A stretch of DNA of 64,000 nt from positions 35,466,001-35,530,000 of the forward strand of contig OZ249436.1 in assembly GCA_965235115.1 (NCBI GenBank), given 5' to 3'. Made by a program: the position numbers and the translations under genes. Positions 1-9,820 of the stretch are shown here, piece by piece (the stretch's first letter is position 1; each line of letters opens with the position of its first letter). The notes beneath the pieces were generated by a model, which saw only the letters and a list, made by a program, of their open reading frames with translations, did no database searches and was not told where the DNA came from. This stretch comes from Laetmonice hystrix (lineage: Eukaryota).

Positions 1-758
1 TATCATCAAGAGTTTGTCGTCAGCTTCCATCACCGGGCCAACGTATTTGTTCAGGTCTTGTTCTGCCTTGCTTGCCTTGGAGCCACCCGACACCCAATAT
101 CGTTTGAACCACATGCACACAGACAAATCAATGGCTTTCAATTTCTCCAGAGATTCATAGGATTTGGAAAATTGTTCAAACACGCTATCGTGCATCGCCA
201 ATGCCTGCCCAATGGTTTCCGAGACATGGATGCCGTCAAGATCCGTGATAATGTGTAATGGATCTAATAGTAAAGCGAGTTGTCCTAAGACATTCAAGCA
301 GGTTTGGTGGAAATGTATAGTGGAATAGTTACTCCAGGTATCTCGATAAAGATACGCGACCGTTTTGTGGTACATGCTAGTGAATTTCTTCAGTTTTCTT
401 GCCCCTATTTCCAGATCATGAATGGGCCTTGTTTTCATTGTGCAAATTCCGTATTTAAGGGTCTGGCATATGCTAAACTGCGGCGGGGGCGATATGGTTG
501 GGAAGTAGTTCACGTTTGATTCAGGGGGATTTTTAGATCTTCCATCATCCATCCAACTATTATCCTCCTCTTCCTCCCCTGACGAATCGAAATCTTGACC
601 CTCGTCCGGTCTGGGCGGCGGACGCTTGTCTCTATCACCGTACAGGTTTGGTGGACCTGTCATCGACGGCTTGTGACGCATTGCCGTCACAGGGCAGGCT
701 TGGTCAGCTGGAATCACCACAACATGGCAGGTTTTCATTGATGTGGCGCTGGTTTGGC

Positions 759-799
<41 letters not shown>

Positions 800-2588
800 G
801 GTGTTGTTGTGGATGTTTGAGATGTTGATTGGGATGTCGTGGGTGCTTTTGTCGTTGGGCTCACTGTAACTGGTTGCGTAGATGTCGTTGAGAGGGACGG
901 CATTGGAGTGACAATAACCACTGGAGACGTACTGCTAATGGTTGTAGATTTGGCGCTTGTTGATTGTAAGGTACTTGACGGTAGGGGGTTATGGGTGAGC
1001 GTTGGCGCCGTACGCAGGGATGTTGTCGTGTCTCTAACTGAATAATCAATGGTTGGTGGGGCAGCCAGTGTTGTTTTATCGAGTATGTCATGTGGATGTG
1101 TTCCTGAGGTTGTTGTCACAGACGCTGGAGTAAGATATGTTGTCTGGTCGCCGGAAGGACCTGAAGCCCCGCTAGAAAGCCAATACGGGTCCATTCGGGT
1201 AGTCTCACCGACTGGGGTAAACACATGGTACGAGGTAAGGCTATCAAGAGTATCTCCTGAACTGTCGTAGTCGGTGGAGATCCAAGAGTCACCACTCCAC
1301 GCTCCAGAAGTGTCCCATGACATATCGGACATGACGTCACTATCAGGGTACGCACTGGTAGGTATATGTGACAGGGTGTCACTTGTCACCCAAGAACTTC
1401 CCTGACTGGTTTCCCCTGGAACTTGACGTTTATAGCGTTGATGACTCTCTGGTGGTCCCTCCATATTTTCTGGTGTTCCATTTAGTGGTCCTTCTGGTGT
1501 TCCATGCGGTGGTCCCTCTGGTCGTCCATCTAGTGGTCCCTGATCTGGTGGTCCATGCGGTGGTCCCTCTGGTGGTCCATCGTGTCGTCTATCTGGTGGT
1601 CCATCTGGTCGGCCGTCCGATGGCCTCCGTCTAGGATGACCATGTGGAGGGTGATTGTGGTCCAATCCGTCGTGGCCCCTATGGTAGTCGGCACCACGGT
1701 CGGGATCCCCATGGTAGTCGGCACCACGGTCGGGATACCCATGGTAGTCGGCGCCACGGTCGGGATCCCCATGGTAGTCGGCGCCATCGCCGGGGCTGCC
1801 GTGGCCGTGACCGCCGTGACCGGCACCGCCGTGGTCGTGGCCGGGACCGCCGTGGCCGGGACCGCCGTGGTCGTGGCCGGGACCGCCGTGGCCGGGACCG
1901 TCGTGGCCGTGGTCCCCATGGCCGTGGTCCCCATGGCCGTGATCGTTGGGCGGCGGTGAAAGGAAACGTTTCATGTCGGAATCGTCACACATGCCCATAG
2001 TTCCATCATCCCCTTGGTAGAATCTTTCGGACATATCTAACTCTCCAGTATTAATGCAAGTGCTAATTACTTCCTTCATGCTTGTGAAGCTGACAGGATT
2101 ATAGAATTGCTTATATAATTGCTCAAGGGCGTTTGTGATTTTGAGAATCGATGGTGGTTCTGGTATATTCTCTAAGTATTTCTTCTTCGCATCGACAAGT
2201 GGTGATTTGTGAGCCAAACTGGTATCAGTAAATGGCCCCCTTTCTTCACCCGTGATGATGTTTGGAATCTCAACGGTTGACGTCAGGGCTGCACCGTTCG
2301 ACAGGTTGACACTGTAATGGTACAGTACGTTGGCAAAGGCCTGGGACGCAGCCAGTACGCGGTCAAACTGGGTCCTATCAGTCAACGCTGTTATCTTGAT
2401 GACTTTCTGAGAAATCTCCCTGGCCTGCAAGAATTGTTCCTTCGTCCGGTTCTTCTTAACCTTATCAAGTAATGCTATTCGATCAACGTTTAAGGTAGAG
2501 ATGGTGGTTGATGACAGTCGTGGTGCGTAGACGACCCTTCGACAAGGTAAACTGCAGGAACAATTGCCTGATTGAAATGTGCTTTCAC
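1..2588 (-). CDS. Channel gene giant exon 11 (end of thumb plus a >800-aa insert; open past the window edge)
   Basis: cttctctttcag| ESTFQSGNCSCSLPCRRVVYAPRLSSTTISTLNVDRIALL... I read the frame to position 1 without meeting a stop. It is missing from the ORF track, probably because it has no stop inside the window. Confidence 0.88.
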
Positions 2589-5500
2589 CTGAAAGAGAAG
2601 ATCACGTTATATTTGACCATGAATCAGTGTGCATGAGTTTATGAGTCTATTTGTCACAGAAAGGGTTTGGTATTCAAAATGAGACCATGACCTTCTTGAA
2701 CAGATAGAACTTTATTATCGGTCAATCTCAGTGTTAGTATGATTTGATCAAGGAGATGGTATAGGGCTAACTCACGTTGGCTGGGTAGAATGCACTGAAA
2801 TTTATCTTTCATCGAGCATATTGGCGCATCTCCTGCAACATAAAACCACACGATCTTGTAAAACACACTTGGTGCTTAGTTTAACATTAAGTTCTGTTAA
2901 GATACACACTATTATTGTACACACCAGCCCGTATCCCCATGTAATATTACACAATGTCATGTGAGCTGCGTTAGTGAGTGTGCATACATTAAAAAAATTA
3001 AAACCTTGGCGTTTGAACAAGAGGGGTTGATGGCTAACAGCCCATGTATAGGCTGACGTAAGATGTCCTGGGAATGATTAAAACACGTGTACTCACCTAC
3101 CATATATATGTCCTTGCATTTGCACCTTTCTATGGCATCCCTTGATTCACATTTAAGTAGGCAATCTCCCCGGGAAGGTGCTCCGCTGACACAGGTACCG
3201 TATGGATCTTCTAGATTTGTTATCTGTTACACATATACTTTATAACACGCTGCGGAAATACCGTCAGACAAGAGTGCAATTATTTGACCGTATTACATTG
3301 TTAGCGCGCAGTGTCATGCAGTCCCAGTTTATTTAAACGCAATTTGATCTCGATTCGAATAATTAAAGAATTTTAGAGGGAGCACATCTGTTTTAAGTAC
3401 ACGTTTTTATGCATTATGCAGTCGGCTTCGAATCATTTACATCAAGATATAAAAACTCGGCTTCGAATCATTCAAACCTATTGAGCTCCCTTCGAGATAC
3501 AATATCCACTAGATGTACTAAAATGGTGTACTACTAAACGAAATAATTTCGGAAGCAAGCAGCCATTCCTCCCACCTCTTTACGGCCTATGGCGACTAAT
3601 GTATGAAATCCTGGTGAAGCAGCAAAGCCTTGATCTCTGATACGTGGTGTATCGGACGGATTGTGTAAGAACACCTGAAAAAAGTTTTATTTTTTGGAGC
3701 TAATTAGGGAAAAGTGATTTTGGCTCACCCTGTCGTAAGCATTCGTATATTTATAAGAATCTTTTTACCTGTAAGATCCAACAATGTTTCGGCGTGGCCA
3801 AAAAAACCAACCACTATTTTAAAGTAACTAATTACAATGCCTCAGTGGGATAATTGTTAAAATTTTTAGATTTTTTTATTTTTTACCCCTTTTTCAGATA
3901 TGTTGCAAATGTGCTACATTGGGTTTCAGTTTCAAAACTCGAATCCAGGTTTGTCACATACATTTCTTTGTAAGATCTATTAGATCTTTACAAACAATAA
4001 AAAACATGGGCTATACCCGGGGGAGCTATGTTTTTAAAAAAGTTTGTTTGCCGGGGGGTCTGGGGGGCCTCCCCCAGGAATTTGTTGCAATACAATTTTG
4101 CTGTTGATGTTGGAAATTTAGCTGAGGTAGCTGCCCCGGCTGCCTCACTGCATTTTACGGCCCTGTATACAACGGGTGCCACATGCCTCTACTGGGGGGG
4201 GGGGGGGGGGTCCGGGGAATTTTTGTTTGTCCTTGTATGACAGAGGGACAGGGGGCCCCCAGATTAAGTTTGCCCCAGCCCCCTCACACTTCTTAATCCA
4301 GCACTGCTGCTGCTACTACTACTATTACTAGTACTAATACTACTATGACTACTGCTACTACTACCACCCCCAATCTGATAAGATGGAATGACTATTATAT
4401 AGTATACGCCCTAATACCAGATTAGCATAGGCTGACATTTGGACATTCATGACAATGAAGACCCAAAGTTGCATTTCTGCAACATCACAAAAACTTGTTG
4501 CATCCAACACTAACCAGCCACTTCAAAAAATATAATCAGATCTGCAGAATCTTGACTCTATAAAGAGTATGTATGAATTTTATTGGAGACTTCACTCACA
4601 TAAGATGCTTAGATAGTTCATGAAATTGTCGGACACTAACCTGCACACGGATACAGCCATCTTGTTTTGGGTGTCATGGCTAGTTCTATGAATGTCTCAC
4701 AGATGGCAGCACAATAGTGTGCATTTCTACAACGTTGGGTTTTCGTGGATATAATTCAGGGTTGATTTCACCACAGTGATATAATGCCCTTGGGCTGGAC
4801 CCCCGGGAAAATTTGTTGCATATTTGCAACAGGGGGTCTTACAGGGTTTTAGACAGATCAATTGAATTTACCTTGATACCGGTATCTTCCTGGGGGCCTC
4901 TCATGTATTGGTACTGCTCCACGTTAAGTACTAGGTGAAGGCCTGCTCCAATGCCTTTGTAAGGAATGAAGACTCAGGTTTACATCAGGTTCTTTTACTG
5001 AGCGTGCTACTAGCAGTTTACTACATTTACTAGCAGTAGGCCTAGATTGTTTCACCTGATGTCATCCTTCTGATGTCATCCTTATTTATTATTCGTGTAA
5101 GTATACCAATTTACATGTTATGCCATGTCTGCCCATACACTCCCACTCCTAGAGCCTGTATTCACTCCCAGACAGTTAAACTTCCCATCATGGCCACTCA
5201 CCGGCGCCAGTTGCATTCATTTGACGTTTAGGATCCGAGTTGAACGTATAACATATTCCCATGTCAGTGACAGATGTATTGAAATTTGTTGTATCGTAAA
5301 CCTTACCACGCCACTTACATCTACAAAAGGCAGGGTGATCATCCGCAGATTATCAACGTATATAGTAACCACCACTTCAAGACAAAGCGGTCATTCGAAT
5401 TAGGCCTCGCTAGTGGTCGCAATAAACCAATGCCTTTACAAGTCTCCTATCAGGCCGCCCTCCCCATTTTTTCATGGATTTAATTATGGTTGCAATAAAC

Positions 5501-8367
5501 TTTAGATTTCCTCTGATTATAATCACTGTATCATGCATGTCTCCCTTCCTGAAAGCTGTGCGCACTTTTTAATATTTTGTCAGATATATAGGCATTGGTA
5601 CATTTTCGCCGGTCGCTATAATAATATGAGTGTGATTATACAATGGTGATTTCTATCGTCGACCGTTATAGACTTACGAGTCGATGAAGTCCAAACGCTG
5701 GTGAGCGGACTGATGAAGAAACTCTGAAGTGTTGATGTGCGAGAAGTTGCCGAACAACGTCAGGTCTGGTTCTATGTATAATGTGTAAAAGGTACATGGA
5801 TACGTTGTGTCAAAATGAACAACTTTGCACACACTCTAGGGATAGCACTGCTTTGTTCAGAGAACGTGATCACTAAATGAAACCCATGAGTTGAAGATCA
5901 GAAACAGGAAACCACCCGGCAGAGATGTACAGGAAGACAATTTTAGAATTATTCGGCCCATAATCCCACAGATTTAAACCTGAGCTTTCCTTATGGATGA
6001 CAAAGTCGGTGGAGGTCGTTGTATATAGACACGGCGATTATTACCGGAGTTTCCAAACACACTATCCAGGTAGTCATAAACGCCGAAATTATTCGCTTCA
6101 ACTAAACTGAAATGAGGGGAGAATTCCTAATTATGTTCAAATTAATATCAATTCTATTTCTTTTCATATATTCGATAAGTTTCACATACAATGCTGTAGG
6201 CCGACATCTAGCTGTATCAATCCCATTAAGACCTTATTAAGACTTCAACTTATCCATTAGATTCTAAAGTAAAACATTATAAACGGAATTAAAATAAAGG
6301 ATTATTTCCTGGCGAAAATCTCCTTTCAATGTGTTCATTCGACTGAAACATTATGCGCCTGAATTGTTAAATGAGATATTGTATGATCTTACCGGAAATT
6401 ATTTTGATTGCATATGGTGACGGCAGGGAAAGGCACGCCTGCCTGGGAATAGACCATCTCCATGTTGACGCTGGATTCACGTTTAAAAAAGTCATGGGTT
6501 CTCCAACCAACCCACACTCCGAACATAATCACAGCTGTCATAACACATGTAAACCATGCCGCCCTGCAGACAAAAGGTACGATTATAACACATGTAAACC
6601 ATGCCGCCCTGCAGACAAAAGGTGCGATTATAACACATGTAAACCATGCCGCTCTGCAGACAAAAGGTACGATTATAACACATGTAAACCATGCCGCTCT
6701 GCAGGCAAAAGGTACGATTATAACACATGTAAACCATGCCGCTCTGCAGACAAAAGGTACGATTATAACACAATGTAAACCATGCCGCTCTGCAGACAAA
6801 AGGTACGATTATAACACATGTAAACCATGCCGCTCTGCAGGCAAAAGGTACGATTATAACACATGTAAACCATGCCGCTCTGCAGACAAAAGGCGCGATT
6901 ATAACACATGTAAACCATGCCGCTCTGCAGGCAAAAGGTACGATTATAAAACAACTGGTGAAGTGATGCTGCATTAATCTCGACAGCCTAAAATAATTTG
7001 TTTTTCTGTCAAATCTCTTTCCTGCGAATCCGAGGACTGCAAGTCTATTGATCGTAGTAGTTTTGTTTGGACATTTCCGGTTTATGTGCAGATAAATAAT
7101 GTATACTAAGCCTCTGTAGACCATGTCAACAAATACCATAGGGGTGTATGGATATTTCGAAAATCGATGACAGATCAAGAAGTTCAAAGCTAAAAATTAG
7201 AGGGGAAAAGTTAAGGTACTTGCCTCCGAATGCCAATAGGCTTGTTATCAAATATATATTTGATGCCATGGAAAGTTGTACTTTGTGTAAACTCGTTCCA
7301 AGATATGACCTCCTCAGGCTGTAGATCTATGTCCGCCTCGGGCCGAGTTGCCCCTGGCTGAGCTGTCTCTGGTGGAGTCTCCACTGGTTTGTTTCCCTCA
7401 GGTCGAGTCACATCCGGCCAAGCGAGGTTAACCTTCTCGGGTTTTGTGTCGCCTTCCTCCGCTGCCCTGATATGAAAGATGAAGAAAGTTATTATGTATA
7501 TCTGATAGGATGAAACCTATTAGTACGCTGGTATCAGCATGTTGGCAGATTTCGAGTCCTAATAATACCCCCATATATCGGGTGGGCCAAAAGAAATTGA
7601 AACACTGTAATATTTGGAACATGATATCATCTGCAAGCCTGTTCCACTAAGCCCGAAAGACGTCTTTGAAATGGTCGCTGAGCCCAAAGAGGTCTTTGCG
7701 GCGACGGGTGTTCCACTAAGTTCCTATTCTTTAACATTGGCCCCGCAAAGACGTCTTTCCGTTAGTGGAACGGACGGTATGACGTGACGTCAAATGTATG
7801 AAATGCCCTATGCCAAAAACTGGTGGCTAGTCCCGACTTAAACCCCATGGGCACCATTTGGGATCCCCTGTCTGAAAAAGTCAATAAAGATCGCAAACAA
7901 AAATTCGCCGAGAACGAATACTATTAACCATATAACATGATGCCCTAAATATCAGTGACAAACTATGAAAATTGTAGAAGCTATAGTCAAGTAAACAGTG
8001 TTCCAGACACAGCGGGGCCAACTCTGCTGAGGACGCCTGGTCCGGCATTGCAAGTTTTGCAGTTTTTAAAATGACCCTATTTTTAGACAATTTGACCTAT
8101 TCATCTGAAATTTGTACCATGCACAGGCCCCAATTAACCAGATGATAATCATGTTCCAAATATTTTGACATTGGGGGTAAAAATTATAGATGTTACAGTC
8201 AAGAAAAGAGTCGAGAAAAGAAAAGAATAGTTGGGCGATTATATGCAACATTATGTAGGAAATGTTATGAATACATCTAAGTAGTACATTCTATTTAAGA
8301 GTAGCCAATATTGTCCGTTTTGTATCAAGGTCTATACTTACCTGACGAGAATCTCCCTTGCAGACAT
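1..8367 (-). CDS. DEG/ENaC/ASIC-family amiloride-sensitive-type cation channel subunit with a giant extracellular insertion (3' end, including TM2, outside window)
   Basis: Manual splicing join(8367-8342,7466-7224,6563-6393,6106-6045,5771-5678,5320-5202,4954-4872,3674-3576,3223-3097,2832-2776,2588-<1) gives 3669 nt = 1223 codons with all intron phases matching. Family motifs: FTQSTTFHG (pre-TM1 HG), TM1, FPAVTICNQN, GICYTFN, GLHLVLNVEQ, GFAASPG, PYGTC..C...C..CKC thumb, CSCSLPC....Y...LS. Confidence 0.93.
2776..2832 (-). CDS. Channel gene exon 10 (thumb)
   Basis: ttttatgttgcag| GDAPICSMKDKFQCILPSQ |gtgagt. Confidence 0.92.
3097..3223 (-). CDS. Channel gene exon 9 (Cys-rich thumb)
   Basis: gtgtaacag| ITNLEDPYGTCVSGAPSRGDCLLKCESRDAIERCKCKDIYMV |gtgagt. 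Confidence 0.92.
3576..3674 (-). CDS. Channel gene exon 8
   Basis: cttttttcag| VFLHNPSDTPRIRDQGFAASPGFHTLVAIGRKE |gtggga. Confidence 0.92.
4872..4954 (-). CDS. Channel gene exon 7
   Basis: ccttacaaag| GIGAGLHLVLNVEQYQYMRGPQEDTGIK |gtaaat. Confidence 0.92.
5202..5320 (-). CDS. Channel gene exon 6
   Basis: ccttttgtag| CKWRGKVYDTTNFNTSVTDMGICYTFNSDPKRQMNATGA |gtgagt. Confidence 0.92.
5678..5771 (-). CDS. Channel gene exon 5
   Basis: atacatag| EPDLTLFGNFSHINTSEFLHQSAHQRLDFIDS |gtaagt. Confidence 0.88.
6045..6106 (-). CDS. Channel gene exon 4
   Basis: cctcatttcag| LVEANNFGVYDYLDSVFGNS |gtaata; phases fit both neighbours. Confidence 0.8.
6393..6563 (-). CDS. Channel gene exon 3 (TM1 and FPAVTICNQN)
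   Basis: ttttgtctgcag| AAWFTCVMTAVIMFGVWVGWRTHDFFKRESSVNMEMVYSQAGVPFPAVTICNQNNFR |gtaaga. The 5' boundary is ambiguous because the acceptor is tandemly repeated. Confidence 0.9.
6541..6947. repeat. 45-bp tandem repeat x9 spanning the intron 2/exon 3 junction
   Basis: Unit TAACACATGTAAACCATGCCGCYCTGCAGRCAAAAGGTACGATTA starts at 6541, 6586, 6631, 6676, 6721, 6766 (one extra A), 6812, 6857 and 6902. Confidence 0.97.
7224..7466 (-). CDS. Channel gene exon 2 (cytoplasmic N-terminus and HG motif)
   Basis: Acceptor tttcatatcag|; encodes ...WNEFTQSTTFHGIKYIFDNKPIGIRR; ends at a GC donor, AG|gcaagt. Confidence 0.9.
7641..7771. mobile_element. Small hairpin/MITE-like element in intron 1
   Basis: GTTCCACTAA...TTAGTGGAAC terminal inverted repeat with subterminal AAAGACGTCTTT palindromes. 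Confidence 0.45.
8342..8367 (-). CDS. Channel gene coding exon 1 (MSAREILVR)
   Basis: ATG at 8367; strong CAG|gtaagt donor at 8342/8341; phase 2 matches the exon starting at 7466. Confidence 0.7.
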
Positions 8368-9820
8368 AGCTGTAGTCAGTTCTGGACTTCACATATAGCA
8401 TAATGCCTTGTTCCAGCAGTTTCGGAGTTTGGTGTGGAAGGCAGAAAACATCACGTGGTGAAGCCCAAATTTGATCATCTGTATTTGTCTCCCCATATTC
8501 GTTTGATCAAGCCACGGCATGCCGTCTGGCAAAACTACAAATGATACGTTCAGAAGTTGTGTTTACGTAGGCATCCATCGATGTTTTACTTCCAATGGAA
8601 GTGCACGGTCAGTCAACTCGACACACACTTCGCAGGATTATAATGTGTGGAACTTAGGACTGATAATCGATTTATTAAATTTACAGAAGTAAGCAGAGTT
8701 AATCAGTTTGTGTCACTTTATACGATGGTCATCAGATTCCATTTGCCCTTACATTACGAGAACACAGGAAGAGGTGGGAAGACCCTGTCTCCATCACCTC
8801 AGTGGCCATTCACATTTCATGCCACCCTGCTTTGTTTTGTTTTTAATTTTTTTATAGTTCTATAGTGTATTTCACCAAGTCGGTTTCCTGTATTCTGTCA
8901 GCCATTCTGATTTGATATTTCCATCCGCTAATATTACCATTTCCGTAATGGTTTCTAAGCCGTAAATTCCAAGCCTAATATTAGGAAAGTGCCCATTGTG
9001 TGAAGGAAAGTCCTTTTTCCAGTAGCATATATTATCGCCGCAGTGTATGAGTTTAGCTGGGACCACGCCTCTGTATACTGGTCACCTTGCTTGTTTACCG
9101 TCACTATTCGACCAGTATGTTGTATGACTACATTTGGTTAAAATCAATCTTCCGAATCGATATCGTGGATGCCTACTGTGCAGGCTGCCAGCAGTCATAT
9201 CGGGGTGGTAAATTGTGTGTGATATTCATTTTATACATTATAGGTACAAATGTCATCGTTTCCCTGCGACTAATGACGAAAACTGACCGGGTGACAGACC
9301 GGATTATAAGTGGCAGCATTCTGTGTAAGGACTCCCAGTATCATACCATTTTCACTTTAATAAAATGACAACAAATGCGTAGCATAACAGTGGACGCTGT
9401 GGTGGACAAATAGGCCTATATTATTGGAAGAGGAGACACTATGCGGAATATTGTTTGTTTTGTGTGTGTGTTTTTTTTTCACTGCAACAATGGTTATAGA
9501 ATATAGAATGAATTCTATGGTGTGTTCAATCAAAGACAACAAACTTTGTACATAGTTTAACGGGAAAAACTCATTTTAATCAACATTCCAAATATTCAAA
9601 TTGTTATCACGACATGAATCATGGCCTTCTTCACTACAGTGTCACTGGGTTTCAAAATTCGCAGGGAAATTTTACAAAAATTACAAAAATTCATTTGCCC
9701 TTTTTCATAGAGAAACCTTGCGGTAAGCCATAGCCTATGAAACAAAGGGGGCTAAGGTTTGGTTGATTTCATTGTTTACAAAAGCGAGGCTGAAGAACCC
9801 GTCAGATCCCTCCGTAATCT

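Noticed and set aside
1530..2000. ORFs 1530-1934(-) (Thr/Ala/Pro, antifreeze- or mucin-like), 1555-1959(+) and 1644-2000(+)
   Set aside because: They are alternative-frame or antisense readings of the His/Gly/Asp repeats; the frame continuous with the channel exons is a different one.
4642..4717. Exon-like AG...GT segment in intron 7 of the channel gene
   Set aside because: Its length would shift the frame, and exons 7 and 8 already join in phase as GIK|VFLH.
6371..7187. Cys-rich repeat ORFs (e.g. YNTCKPCRSADKR repeats)
   Set aside because: Translations of the 45-bp array in non-coding frames or on the opposite strand.
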